The notes beneath the pieces were generated by a model, which worked only from the letters and a program-made list of their open reading frames with translations, had not been told where the DNA came from and ran no database searches. A DNA stretch of 64,000 bases from Carpediemonas membranifera BICM (Eukaryota; Protista; Fornicata). The DNA is taken from NCBI GenBank assembly GCA_019828565.1, contig JAHDYR010000002.1:248001-312000 (forward strand), in the 5' to 3' direction. Position 1 is the stretch's first letter. Each line of letters starts with the position of its first letter. This document shows, piece by piece, positions 33,189-46,500 of the stretch. The position numbers and the translations under genes were made by a program.

Positions 33189-34950
33189 GGAGTTGTGATA
33201 AAGATAACTATCGACACACGTGCGAGTCAACTGCGCCACTTTTCTCATCCCATCAATCAGGGTGAGGCTGTGCGTTGTGGGTCTACCTCCGAGTCCACCG
33301 ATCTGATCAAATCTCCGGTCACAAGCGGAGTCGAGCCAGTCACACTTCACAGTTGAGCACTCAGCGTGACAGACCCAGACCTTCCCGCCAGTAGTCGCGT
33401 TCAGCTGTGATTTATCGCTGAGAAGCAGACTCGGACCCGACTCAACTGGAGTCAATATCACTTCACAATTCAGTCGACTCTTCGGCGCCCGGGGTCCACG
33501 GATCGACGTCGACGGTGACGATCATATGCACATCTGAACGAGGCGCCTCGCAGTCTTCCATCTCAATAGCTTCATCCAAGTCTTTCAACGGCCTGAACCA
33601 CTGGCCGCACTTACAGAAGCTGCAACTGCTGAAAGCTGTCGCCTCGAAGGGGATAATGATGGGTTCAGCATCACACTTACAATAATGGCTCTTGCCTTCT
33701 GTGACCCAGATCAGCTCTTGGCGTGATATGAAGAACCCCTTGACCCTCTCTGGGAACCGGAGCGGGGTGGGTGTGAGGCAGATGTCGTCCTTATTGAATC
33801 CCGGAAGCAGGCCCGACTTGGCGATATGCTTGAGAACCATTCCGGCGAACAGCAGCTGGCGGCCGCTGAGGAATATGTTGAAGAACCATTCGGACATGAC
33901 CCGGTCAACCCTGAAGGGCAGGTCGACGAAGCCGGTCACCCAATTCTCGTGCCCGAGTCCCAGGCGGCCATCCCAGTTGCTCCCGCTGATCATCTGCCGA
34001 TCGCCCATGGAGAGGATGGCAACTCTGCTACCCTGCATGATGTGATCTGGGACAAAGCCAGTTGGCACAGCGACTGGGTGGAAGTGGAGCTCGTTCTCCA
34101 CCTTGACTGGGCCGACATATCTCTGAGCATTGAAGCCGGCCATGACAGTGCCGGCTGGGGTGAGGATGAACGTCCGATATCCCTTCATCGACACATCAGT
34201 CACCATCATGTGCTTCTCCCAGGGGGGCTGGCTGGCCTCGAGCTCGGCGACCTTCGGGCAGCTGGGAAGGTGAGGCGGGTCGGGTCGACGAAGCCAGATG
34301 ACTTGAACCCCAGCTGAGCCACATCGTTATGCCCCCAGCCCCACAGGCCCTTGGGCGTTCTGTCGATGTAGGTTGACCATTCGATATAGACTTCGAGGGC
34401 CCTGGGCATTCTGGCCCTAGTGAAGGAGGTGTCGTAATCATCAATGCAGAGCATGAAGAGTCGGCCCATGTACATGCGGTGGTGGTAGCATCTCCCGAAT
34501 GCATTCCACTGACAGCTCTCGCCGTCCTTCTCGGCGACGTTCCAGGTGAAGAAGAACTTGCGGCAGAGGAACCAGAGGCACTTGGCCTCGGGCGTGAGAG
34601 CCTTGTAGATCTTGTCATACATCTTGGTAAGGTAAGCGCCCTGGTTGAGCGTGTGCAGGGCGGCCGGGAGCTCCTGCCCCGCCGCGAGCTCGACGTTCAT
34701 GGACAGTGGGGGGCCACTGGTGAGGATCGAACGGGCGCGGTCGAGGAGGACTTGCGCGGCTGGCTCGAGAGGGGATCTCGGAGAGCATTGCGGTGAGGGA
34801 ACCGAGCGATGCAGCGCTGGTCGGTGTAGTTGTGGTCTCTGCGTCGTGGATGGCCGGCATCTGCTCGTCGAAGTGCCTGGAGAAGGCCTCTTTGAGCAAT
34901 GTGGGGACGTCCCCGGGGATCGAGGCGGTGATGGCGACTGAAAGACGGAA
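33155..34950 (-). repeat. Inverted segmental duplicate of about 23470-25270
   Basis: The RCC1 gene and about 300 bp of 3' flank are both shared; 25076-25236 corresponds to the reverse complement of about 33190-33350. Confidence 0.85.
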
Positions 34951-35004
34951 CGCTAGAAATAGGGCATCTCCGACGTCTGTTGTGTGCGATTCATGGACAT
35001 TCAT
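33463..35004 (-). CDS. RCC1-like family copy 4 (inverted, frameshifted)
   Basis: ORFs 34615-35004, 34206-34700 and 33463-34209 are near-identical to copies 1-3. Confidence 0.75.
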
Positions 35005-36426
35005 TTCGTCCAGCTCCGATATTCAGCATGTCATGGCATTTGACTCCAGCGAGTCGGGGAAACCCCGACGCCGCGAGTCAACAAAAGTCTGGAGTCGTGT
35101 TGAGTCGTGCAGACGACGAACATCTCACTGTTCTTTTTAATGGACGAACGAGGTATTATATGGATCGGCGACGAGCCCAACAGGGCCGATTATGACGCGA
35201 TGATGGCGAATCCAGCCACCCGTGGTACCTTCATGGACGAGGAGGCACCCTATAAGCCGTCCCCGAGCTCACCACTTATTAAGTGGGCCAACAACTGGCT
35301 CATCAGCGACATCCTACGAGTCATCAACATCGGCAAGACCGAAGCCGATAAGGTGAAGCTCATCAAGCTGTACCGCACCAGTGTGGTCTCCAAGAGTATT
35401 TATAAGTCGACACAAGGGTGTCGTCCTTTCTTTCAGACTAAAGTTTACCTTCTGACTACACCAGCCCCACAGCATCTATGTATCGGGCGAGCTGAATCGA
35501 CACATATTGCCAACTTTTGGCTCACGAATCGCATGTGGACATCTCGCCTTGTTGAGCAGACACACTGCGGGTTCGGGAAGAAGAGCTTCGTGACACTGCC
35601 CATGGCTACGCTACTGGTAGAGATGACATAATGGGACCGGCGGGAGATATGCTCGGAGTCCCGGAGGCAGGTCAGCGACGGCTCTTTACGAATTTATCCG
35701 TGTCTGTTTACGATTTTCCATTTATCACACGTAAATTGCTGGCTTATGCCGACAGCCCTGCCGGAAGAAGCTCCAGCGGGTTGAACAGTCCCAGCTTGAC
35801 GCACCACTTGTCATTTACTTTACGTGCGGAGTGAGGTTCGGTTCGCGGGCCAGCTTCCCCATCTTTTGCTCCAGACTATTCAGAGGTCGTTCGGAATAGT
35901 TCAACAGGACGAATATCTCCTGTGCAATCGTGCATCGCTCCCTGATGGTTCCTGTTTCGTGTGCACGGTTAACCAAACCAAGCAGGGTTGTCTCGTCCGT
36001 TGTAAAACGCTTCTTTGATTGAGATGATCTCGCCACAGGTGTTGTTTGCTGAGCAATCGTTGGCGTCTGCTCGGCTTCTTGATTCATCTCTCTCGTGTCA
36101 GAAGATAACTCATCTGATATGATGTTAAGGCGGCAAACTGCTTTGTTAAGGCGGCAAACTGCTTCGTTAAGACCTGCTGTTATATCTGTTAGACTCTCTG
36201 ATATTTCTTGCTTCGGGGGCATTTGATGAAAATTCGCAGAATAGCTGGAGTCGATTTGCCTGCGATTGGGTCCGAGGGAAGGATTTACTGGCGTGGGGAT
36301 CGCAGGGATCCCGCTTGTCGCAGGCGCAGCCGGCGCAGCCCGACTCATGACGACCTTAGACTGCGCGAGTCGTGGAGTCACGCAGGGTGACTCCACGTGA
36401 GTCACTTCATCAGGGAATAAACCTTT

Positions 36427-37644
36427 ATGCACTCAGAGCTCACACCACAGATGATATCATCTGCCAAGCACGAAGGACCCCAGCAGATGATGGCCAGCGA
36501 TCGGGGACGCCCGGTGCCGGCAATGGACAACACTAACAACTCGAACAACCCTGCGGAGCGTTTCTGGTGGGAGGACATCATCCTCACCGATACTATAGCA
36601 CACTCCGCGGGCCGAAACATCAGCGGCGACATGACTGGGGCTGAACGGCCCACGCCGCGGGACTCGGGGGTCGCGAACCCGGGCCCCCTGGAAGATCTCA
36701 TCAGCGGGACCGCTGGGCCCCTTGAAGACCTCATCACGCCGAGGGACCAGCGGTCGCACCGACCCTTACCTTACCTTACAAACACTCCAGTTACCCCAAA
36801 CACCACGCCTCCAGGTCCCCCTCAGGGGATGCCTCACGGGATGCCACCCGTACCCTGGGGAGCCAACTGGGTTCCACCCTGGGGGATGCCGTGGGCCGGA
36901 TATGCCTACCCGCCGCCCATGTGGCAGGTGCCGGGCGCACCGGGAGCCACGAGCGCACCGCAACAGGACACAGCACCCGCGCTCCCAATATCGGCGCCGT
37001 GGAACCGTCCGACCGTCTCGAGCACGCTTCCGAAGTATCCCGAGCTGCTCGTGTCGCTGGAGGACCGCTCCAGGATCGAGACGTTCCTCGACGAGCACGA
37101 AACATACGCGAACGCATGCAGAGCAATCGGACAGAGCGCACCTCACATCTCGCATTTCGTCCAGGGCACCCTATACACGTTCCTGGTCCAAAGAGGCCCC
37201 GACGTGCTCGCTACGATCAAGTCTTTGATCGCTCCGAAGACGTTCGACTCGTCTTGGAGTCGCCTGAAGGCAATCCAGTTCAACCACAACGCAAACACCG
37301 AGACCCTCAGTCTCCGTGTGGCCTCGTACACCGCCAAGGTCGCCCAAGTCCTGGACATCACGCCGATGGATGCCAGACCGACTGAGAAGGCGGTCCGTCA
37401 ACTCGTCATGCGCAAGCTGCCGAGCAAGGTCAAGGAACGCATCCAAGACAAGTTCGGGCCCGGATCCCTCGCGGAGCTGCTCAAGATCGCCCCGGACGCG
37501 GCAGACGAGATTGCACGGGCGACGCTCGTTGCGGCCCACAGAGAAGGTCGCGCTGAACGTGAAGATCTACAACGCGGCAACCGGCGCAACGGCCGGGACC
37601 ACGGCCAGAACAGCGGCCAGAGCAGTGGACGCACTGTCGGTTGA
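36427..37644 (+). pseudogene. Gag-like protein of an LTR retrotransposon, truncated by an LTR insertion at 37635
   Basis: Pro-rich N-terminus followed by a capsid-like helical region (IETFLDEHETY…WSRLKAIQF…VMRKLPSKVKERI); the ORF ends inside the neighbouring LTR. Confidence 0.5.
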
Positions 37645-38137
37645 AATCATTTACAGTAAACCGCAGCGGGGTAAAAGTGGTCAAAACTGGACGGAGCAGT
37701 TTATAGACCGGTGACACTACCTCCCTTTTTGATGAGAAAACCCCCAACCTGCAAGGAACGGGGGAAAAAGATGGTTAGTAGAGTTTCAGGTTCTTCCTCG
37801 CCTTACGGGCCAACCTCTTCATCTCCTCGAGGTGTTTCACTCCCGAGAGTGGTTCTTCCGTTATGTTTTCGAATCCTACCCACTTGATGGCGGCTGTCCC
37901 TTCTTTCCAGTCTACCGATACTACTCGCTCTACCTCCCATTTTTTCTGGTCGAAGCTTGCAAGTTGAAGCATCATCGTGTCCGTTACGGCATCCGTGTCG
38001 AACATCATGAGTTTTTCAATGTGGGTTGATCTGGTCGATCCGTCGAGTATCGACTGCAGGACTATTCTGTTATTATCAAGTACATCGTGTACCTTCCATG
38101 GGCCCCTGTTGCGCGCGTCTAGCTTCTGAGGGGCCTC
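37635..38137 (-). mobile_element. 3' remnant of a chromodomain Ty3/gypsy element: integrase C-terminus, PPT and 82-bp LTR (37635-37716)
   Basis: Integrase end KLDARNRGPWKV and chromodomain WEVERVV…IKWVGF…EEPL; PPT AAAAAGGGAGGTAG followed by an LTR with TGTC…GACA termini. Confidence 0.7.
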
Positions 38138-41100
38138 GAGAAAGAAAGAAAATTTAACGTATCCTGTACACCTGTGTAAATCAGGGAATTACCAGTTTGC
38201 ACCACCCCATGTCCCCGGGAACGCCTTAGCGTGTTGACTTCCCTTCGTGAGCGAGCCTGATACTACGTTGGGGGCGTTAGCACCATCACCGTCAGGGTCC
38301 AGCTGGTAAGGCTGGGTAGTCCCTTGCATGTTGACCTATCAACTGGCTGGCCCGATACCCCCAAAGTCGGGATAACCCAGGTCTTACTCTTGGGGGTCCT
38401 TCGGGCCCCCGTTCTGCCTGGCACCCGCAAGGCCTTGCCCTGCACACCCGCCACCGGGGCCTTCTGCTCGGTTTCCCCCTACAGGGCTCCTCTCAGGGAT
38501 ATGTTCTCCATACCATTCGACCCAGTTTGCAATTTTTCAGGCACCCGCCGAAGCGGTTTCGGGCTTGGCGTTTGCCGTACCACGCAATTGGGCCAGTTAT
38601 GAAACCCACCGATCATCGCTGGGTAGCTATATGTTTCACGGCTGCGTTCGGGCTCTTCCACACTTTCCGTTCCGGCATGGATCCCCTCCTCAAGGATTTG
38701 TTCCCTATAGGGCTTCTTCCTAACTTCCGGCTGGTTCCAAGTTTTGGGTGCCGGGCCGTTCGGCGCAGCTCTGTTTTGGTCCAGGTGCCGCCCAGGTGGT
38801 ATTGTTGCCTTATGGTTACCCTCCTGTTTGGCTGCTGCGCCCCGATACCTCGCACGTACGTGTATACATGTGCATACGTGCCCCGCCCTATGGCTCTGGG
38901 TTATTTCTTATACGTGTGAAGAGTGTGCCGGTTCTGCCGGCTGAATGTTGTCTACGTTCCCAGTATGGGTGAGCGTTTGTGTGTTAGCGAGATTAGTGGG
39001 CAAAGGCATGGGAAAGAACCAACAGGGGAGTTAAGCAAGGGTGCGTCCTGGCACCGACACTGTTTGTGCTGTTCATGGCTAACTGGCCCCACCTGGCCAG
39101 AATGAAAATCAAGGGAGAACGGTACGACATCAGAGAACCGCCAAGGACCACGAGCCACCTCAGCGACCGACTACCGGCAGCACTTACCATGTTTGTGGAT
39201 GACACTGCGGTCACAGGGAGCAAACCGGAGCATAGCCAGATGGTCGCCAACATAATGGTGGACATAATCAGAGAGCATGAAATGAGGGTGAACGCCCAGA
39301 AGAATGTAATGATTAGCGTGGACAGAACAGCCCTAGTCAGGATCGAGGGGGTAACACTACTGCCAGAGAAGGAGGCGAGATACCTGGGATTATGGATCGC
39401 AAGTGGGAAGGACCCTATGTCGGCCTGCATAAGGCGGAAACAGGAGCAGAGCGAAAGGTACAAGAGACTGGTGAGATGGGCAGGGTGGACCAGGGCAAAC
39501 ATGCCAGCACTAGCGAGCAGGCTACTACTGGAAATATATATATGGCCCAGGATCCTCTTCGGAGTCGAGGTGTGGGGGAACGCACCGGGAGTTAGAAGGA
39601 TCTGGAATGACTGGCAGGGAATCATGGCAGGAACAGGACCGGGAGGGGGCGCAGCCATGAGGCTGATGAATGGATGGGTGGACCTCCAGGCACACATGGA
39701 ATGGCTGGCAGTCAAAAGGATAGTCAACTACAGGGACCAGGATATACCAGTCAGAAACAGAGAATGGGGGCGAGGCACGGTTATGTGGGAAGCTAGGGGA
39801 GAGAGTGCAGCATCTACTGGAGGGCACCAGAGAGGGAGCCCCCAAACCAGCGCTACTGGATTATGGCATGGAAACGATCAGGAGGGGGTGGATGAAGCGG
39901 TGCAAAAGCCGTACGGCACTAGGACTAATGGAAATCATGGGGACAAGGAAATTAAGCAAGTGTCTGCAAGGTAAGCCTACGGTAGACCGAAAGGCTGGGA
40001 AGGGGCAAAGCAGGGCGGAATGGAAGAGAATTGTATCCATTGCAGCCAATGTCAGCCCATCCCCATCGTCGGCAGAGAGAGGGGAGGGCCCTATGAGAGC
40101 CATCACAGAGCTGGCCCAAGGCGCTGACCTGAAGAGAGAAATTAGCAGACTATGCCCCCTATGCTCGGAGGAGTCGGAGGTGAGCCTGTTCTACAGGATC
40201 ATTAGGGAAAAGCCAGGACCAGCAAGGAAGCAGGAAATGATCAGGGAGTGGGCAGAGGGCCAGAGGCTAGGATCGGCAGCGCACATAATCTGTGAATGCC
40301 CGGCAGTAGACAGGGGAGAAGCTTGGACAAAGCTGTGGACAGCAGCGAAGCACAAAACTAAGGACTTGGAAGTAAGGCAGGGCCCCCAGGGCGAATGGTA
40401 CCAGGAAAGACCCATCCTAGAATTACAGCAACTAATAATATGGGGCTCGGAGGACATTTGGGAAGGCCTCACGGCAGGACTACGGGAACTGGCAAAGGTT
40501 TACAACAGCTTCAAGGTGGAATAGAAGCATGTCATGAACCCCTGACTCCAGGACCGGGAAGGGATGGACAAGGAATCAGCCATGGACCACCCTCGCTGGT
40601 GCTAAGCTCCTGGGATCAGTGAGGAAAGGCCCCACGTATCCCGGTAGCCAGGAACCAAAGCAAGGGAAGGAACGACTGCAAGGAAATAACAGGAAGGACA
40701 GACCAGAAATAAGAAAGAAAGGACATGCAACAAGGACAGAGCAAGGATAAGGTCAAGGAAATCCATATTCATATGGTTGCACCACTCGTTGGGACCCCAA
40801 GGAAACTGCAGGGACTGGCCACGGGGGTCGGAGGGGCACAGGTGCCCCTGCCGCCCTTGTTAACGACATGGGAAACCAAGGACATGTAGTGCAAGCGAAA
40901 AAAAAGCAAGCGAAAACACTGCTGCTCAAAGCAGTATCGCCGACCAACGCTTCCTGACGAGGAAGCACCTCAAATATGTTTCATCCGCCCCTCCTGTCCT
41001 CAAAAGACAACTACTAGCAGGCATTGCCTTTATTGGGGACCCCGTAATCATCCATCCCTTCAAAACTGAGCTTGCAACACACTCATCGACGGGCAATTTC

Positions 41101-41336
41101 GTCTCGGTGGCAATCCCAAACCTAAAACGGGACAACGCCCGCTATAAGCGGGCTAAGGATGCCTGTAATGACCTACTCCAAGATGCTGAGCACCTTGCAG
41201 CTGCATTTGGGCTCTCCATCCGGGAAGGTATCCTCAAACTCTTTCCCCTCATTGCCTATGATCTTGTCCACACGGTTGGAACGCTTAAGGCTGCCCTAAT
41301 CCACTGCAGGTTCACGGGACTCCCCCAGCTAGCAGC

Positions 41337-42458
41337 ATGGACTGGAGCAAGTTCGCAGATTTCATCTCCGCCAGATGCCCTACAGTGTTAGACCAACGGA
41401 ACGATCCTTGGCCTCCAACCATATCCACTGTCCCGAACTCTCCGAGCCTGACATGGCAGGCAGTCGGTCAAAGAGAGCCTCTTGGTCCCCGCATCGCTCA
41501 CTCCGGCCGGCCCGGCCCCATTGTATCTCCGGATGGTCTCAACCTCACGCCGTTCATGGGCCTCGAGGTAATCCACTTACTGTATGGCGCCTCTCCCGTG
41601 TTGGGAGGACATGCGATGACTGAGCTTTATGCCGAATGGGGTGGAGCCACAGCGGCCGACCTTCAGTCTTCCTTATCGAATACCTTATCAGACAGCCTTA
41701 TCTCTCCCATTCGCCGGAAGGCCTATCCAGTCGATGACTCTACTATATCCATAAGTTCCTGTTCAAACTCTGATGTTGAGCTCGCAAGCCCGATCCCTGT
41801 TAGCGTGGAAGAGGTTGCGCGGCAGATTCGGAAAGAAATATCGTCTTGCGAAGAGAACAGCATTTATCCATCATCCCCGATCGTAGCTGAGGAGCCTAAC
41901 GCCCGTTGGGGCCCTCTCATGAGCATCCCAGTTCACGCCGACGGCAACTGTGGCCTTCACTCACTTGCTGTCTCTCTGGGTATGACGGGCCTGACGAGAC
42001 GAGAAGCCGTGTCGAAACTTGCCTCCGCCATCCAGAATGGTACAGTGGATCTTAACTCCTCGTGGAGATCCACGGTGCGCACTTTAACCACACACACCAC
42101 CGCTAGCGACATTGGTAGTGCCTTCCTATCCACCACAGACCTCCGCAATATTGCATCGCTCTTTGGAAAAAATGTGCTTATTGCTCATCGATATGATGCC
42201 AACACAGTCTCAGTAACCATCCCAGCATTATCCGAGTTCTCTACACTTCCTCTCAATATTGACGCGCTCAAAACGATGCTCAAAACCGATTACATCCTCA
42301 TTAGACTGAGTGCTCTGCACTTCACGCCTCTTTTTCCGTCTGTGAGGAGCGCAGAAGCAAGGCGCCTGCAATATGCTGAATATCGTCCAAGAAGAGCCCC
42401 CTCTAGTGTGGCTCGCAACAACATCGCCGCTGAAGGCCTCGATAGCGCCCCCCTCTAG
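41337..42458 (+). CDS. LINE-A segment with an OTU-like cysteine protease domain
   Basis: IPVHADGNCGLHSLA (catalytic Cys loop) and LSALHFTPL (His). Confidence 0.75.
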   Translation: MDWSKFADFISARCPTVLDQRNDPWPPTISTVPNSPSLTWQAVGQREPLGPRIAHSGRPGPIVSPDGLNLTPFMGLEVIHLLYGASPVLGGHAMTELYAEWGGATAADLQSSLSNTLSDSLISPIRRKAYPVDDSTISISSCSNSDVELASPIPVSVEEVARQIRKEISSCEENSIYPSSPIVAEEPNARWGPLMSIPVHADGNCGLHSLAVSLGMTGLTRREAVSKLASAIQNGTVDLNSSWRSTVRTLTTHTTASDIGSAFLSTTDLRNIASLFGKNVLIAHRYDANTVSVTIPALSEFSTLPLNIDALKTMLKTDYILIRLSALHFTPLFPSVRSAEARRLQYAEYRPRRAPSSVARNNIAAEGLDSAPL

Positions 42459-42781
42459 TGTGGCCCGCAACAACATCGCCGCTGAAGGCCTCGATAGCGC
42501 CCCCTCTAGTGTGGCTCGCAACAACATCGTCGCTGGAGGCCTCGATAGCGCCCCCTCTAGTGTGGCCCGCAACAACATCGCCGCTGGAGGCCTCGATAGC
42601 GCCCCCTCTAGTGTGGCCCGCAACAACATCGCCGCTGAAGGCCTCGATAGCGCCCCCTCTAGTGTGGCCCGCAACAACATCGCCGCTGAAGGCCTCGATA
42701 GCGCCCCCCTCTAGTGTGGCCCGCAACAACATCGCCGCTGAAGGCCTCGATAGCGCCCCCTCTAGTGTGGCCCGCAACAAC
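42396..42781 (+). repeat. 51-bp coding tandem repeat (APSSVARNNIAAEGLDS), about 7.5 copies
   Basis: Directly visible; two units carry an extra C that shifts the frame. Confidence 0.92.
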
Positions 42782-43546
42782 CGTGATGGCGTCCATGGCG
42801 CTCTCATAGGCTTGTCTGGCAAGAGAGAGGGTCCTGTTTCTCATATCCTAGTGGTCGACTTTGAAGGACTAGGAACTGCCGTAGACCGCAGAGCCACCAA
42901 ACAGAGTCGCGTCTCATATCCCGTAGAGGCCGGCGCCACACTCCTAGCCCGCGTCAAGGATCCTGAAACGGGGATAATGATGTGGGACGTCGCAGGGGTC
43001 CACTGGGGCGGCTTAGAAGTTGATATCCCAGCGCAGTTAATGCAGACAGCTTTATACCAAGCGGCAGTTGTTCATGGGTGTCCTCCCATGAGCTTCAGAG
43101 TACACCCCGACCACCCCGGGATCTCATTCCCCAGCCCGACCGACTGGCTTCACCACCTCACGGTCATAGTGAGCTCCCTCCCGAACTGCATCATGGTCGC
43201 CAAAGACCCGAGACTTGAGAACTCCGTCCTAGAGTCATGGGTCTCGGAAAGCGATGCCCCCTTCCTTGACAAGGTCTATGACATAAGTGATCTAGAGTCC
43301 ATAGACAAAAGATCCTTTGGGCATATCCATGACTACTGCCGTTCACCCGAGTTCTCTGAGGCGATGTCGATAGCCCAATGTCTCACAATGGTGAAGTGCC
43401 CCTGCCCGTACCACATTGGAACAGATCCAGGCTACCATTGTGCTCTCAGTGACACTGTAGCTTTCGCGGCGGTACTGCACACAGTCTCATGTCTCGACCG
43501 AACATCTAGGGGAGCTATCACATCCACGTACTCTGGAAATCACTGA
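42782..43546 (+). CDS. Maelstrom-like DEDD/ECHC nuclease domain (LINE-A)
   Basis: Motifs ILVVDFEG, YPVEAG, VHGCPP, MVAKD…E, KVYDISDL and CPYH…YHCALSD. Confidence 0.75.
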   Translation, partial: RDGVHGALIGLSGKREGPVSHILVVDFEGLGTAVDRRATKQSRVSYPVEAGATLLARVKDPETGIMMWDVAGVHWGGLEVDIPAQLMQTALYQAAVVHGCPPMSFRVHPDHPGISFPSPTDWLHHLTVIVSSLPNCIMVAKDPRLENSVLESWVSESDAPFLDKVYDISDLESIDKRSFGHIHDYCRSPEFSEAMSIAQCLTMVKCPCPYHIGTDPGYHCALSDTVAFAAVLHTVSCLDRTSRGAITSTYSGNH

Positions 43547-43562
43547 TGCATGGAGGAAAGAC

Positions 43563-46500
43563 TTGGATGTCCTCATCGGCAACTGGTCCTCTCTCCTGCC
43601 CGACCTGGCCGTGCTACTACTCCAAGACCTCCACCTGCCAACGCTTGAGGAGCTGCACCACATCCTCAAGGAGTACGTAATAGCACCTAAGGGTGGCTGC
43701 TCCTTCCCCACAGGTGATAGGGCCAGACAGGCTATGACGTGCCGTCAATTTATTGCAGTGCGGAGCCCAGCTCGGCGAGGGTGGGAATGGTTTGATCCTC
43801 TTGCCAAGATGATAGCGGTGGCGGATGCGGCAGGCATAGTCCCTCCAAACAGCCTAGAACAGCCATTCATCAGGATAGCGACGGTGAATAACGACAGCTC
43901 CTTCAGCAATCAGTTGACGGCTCAGCAAGTTTACTGGGAGTGCCCTCCTCACCGAGACCTACCGCAATCTGCTGCAGAGCTTCTGGCTCTCAACGTTCCT
44001 CCCTCGGCAGACAACTCCAAAGGAGTAGTCAAGAGGTCCTACAGAGCGCCGGATCATTGGTTTCTAGTCCCGAGAATCCCCAACAAGCCAGTGCGAGGGC
44101 TCCGCAAAGTCAGACTGAGAGGGCCCATGACTCGAGGAGACATGGATGCCCTCATACAGAAGGCAGAAACAGCATGGGTCAGCGAAGCGTGGGACCTTTC
44201 TCCGGTGTTCAAAGCTCTCCAGAGTGCCCGAGCTCACGACGGTAACTGGAGTAAGGTTGAGCCACCGGCTTCTTCCACGCCAGCTCCAAGCTTAGCCACG
44301 CGAGTCTCGCCTGCGACCTTCAGGAATCAGAGAGGGCGAAGTCAAGCAGGTAGACGACCAGTAAATGGTCACCTCTACTCGTGGAATTGCACATCACTCA
44401 ACATCACCAAGATGACTCTTGCTCTAGTACAAGACGTGGACATCATGGCCATTCAGGAGCTATGGTGGTGGGCCCAGTCCCCGGAGCTGCCCACAACGAA
44501 TGACAAGGTCCTGCTATACCACGGAGTGATCAAGTCAGAGTCCGAGACAAAGCATCTAGGCGTAGGCATCATGCTGAGGAAGGAATTAGCTGAGCTCTGC
44601 ACATACGTCGAGAACCAACCCCACTCTCCAAGGTTGATTCAAGCTGACCTAGGCTGCGTGTTTGTAACAGCTGGCAAACTGAAGGTCCGTGTCATGTCCA
44701 TCTATAGTCCATGCACGGGAGCACAAGCCAAGAAAGAGTTCCACACTCTACTGTCCTCCGAGGTGAAGAAAGCTATTGAGCAAGGGCTCCAAGTTCTTGT
44801 CATGGGAGACTTCAACACGAACCTACTAGATCCATCGACGCTGTGGGCTACCACCCTAAAGGAGTGTGGCTTGAGACTGGTAGTGCCCGACGGCCCGACC
44901 TTCATGGACAGAGTAATTGATGGCATCGCAGCAACACCTAAGCTGGCTGATCTCATCAAGAAGCCGCTCACAGTATCCCTTGAACCCAAAGGACACAGAG
45001 CGGTTGTAGCAAGATCAGGCATAACGGGTTACTTTCGCACGAGGAGCAAGGCAACAGCAGTCCTCAACGAAAGACATGTGGCTAACGTACTTGAATGCAG
45101 CAAGGATCATCGAAAGGCGAGGACTCTCCTGAGGAACATCAGCCACCTTGATGTCGACCAAGCCTTTCAAAGCCTGACGTCGACTATCAACCGATGGGCG
45201 TTGGTGGACACTGCGGCCTCACATGAAGTGAGAGAAGTCGAGAGAGCAGAAGACTACGACCACTGGTTTGTCGCCGGAGAGCAGATCGGTATTTCCCCTG
45301 AACGGCTCTATGAGCTCATCATTGAGGATCATCGCCACCAACATCAGCTCAAGGAGAGGACGAGCAGAGGCCCCAAAGCTCTCGTGTGCTCTGAGCTATC
45401 ATCAGCAATGCTATCAGTAGCGTTAGCATCCTCGGAGAGCCACGCCCACTCAACACTCAAAGCCTACCATGCCCGAGCCAAGCGAGTCTCTGAGAGCATG
45501 GATGTCATGTCCCCTGAATTCTTTAGATACGTCCATTGGAAGCTTTTTGAAGGGGCAGGCCAGAGTGTCTGGTCTTCGCAGAGACCTGGAAGGCTTACTC
45601 AGAGGACCCGGCCTTCCTGCTACCACCACAGTAGGAGGCAGAGTGATCACCAACCGAGAAGAAGTAGCCAAGGCCTTCGAGGAGTGGTATGCGTCAGTAT
45701 CATATGTGGCAGGAGCAGTAGAACCATCCATCTCTCGCCCCCGATATAGAGCTCGAAATCACGGACACTCTCCTGGAAGGGGCTCTCAAATCTGCCAAGA
45801 ATAGATCAGCCCCAGGCAGTGATGGACTAACCCCGGCAATTTTCAAATATTGCCCAGTCCTCAAGGAGGCGCTCAAGACTCTGCTACAGAAGTGCATTGA
45901 CCAACTCAAGACCCCAGCAGAGTGGCATACCGCCGTGGTAATTCCATTGAAAAAGCCCGGCTCTACTAGCGATGCTCCTGTGGCGTTCAGACCTATCTCC
46001 CTACTTTCCACAGCCCACAAGGTGCTCGGCACAATGATGATCCGCACGATTGACCGAGACAACCCTCTTCCCCCTGAACAATACGGTGCAAGGCCGGGTG
46101 TTTCATCGGTTGATGCACTATGGGCTATTGAGCACGCGAGACGTGGGTTCAAAGCGACCCACATTGGGACTCTGGACGTGGCTAAGGCCTTTGACCGTGT
46201 CCCGAGGAGAGATGCATTGGACTCGTTGAGGGGGAACAGAAGGGCCATTGAGATGTTGAAGGAGATGCATTTGCACACAAGGATCTCTATGCGAGGTAGC
46301 AGCACTAGCGCCGCTACCAACACAGGAGTACGGCAAGGATGCACCACTGCTCCCTTCATCTTCACAAGATACCTTGCGGAAGTCCCTCACATCATTGCAA
46401 GCTTAACCGCTCTAGGGAAGGAAGCAATTGAGAAGCTTCCTCCCGACATAGAGACCCTGAGACGAGTGGCAGCAAGGCCGTGCGTTCCCTGGATTGTCAC

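Noticed and set aside
20985-34270. Shared frameshift (TTCCCAGC) in three RCC1 copies as programmed recoding
   Set aside because: One missing C in a C-run explains it; systematic sequencing error or an inherited mutation cannot be excluded without reads.
35107-36432. Two hypothetical ORFs (35107-35631 + and 35815-36432 -)
   Set aside because: No recognisable domains; coding status cannot be supported from sequence alone.
42396-42781. CRISPR or guide array next to a nuclease and RT
   Set aside because: Head-to-tail 51-bp units with no spacers; the length is a multiple of 3 and it reads as a peptide linker.
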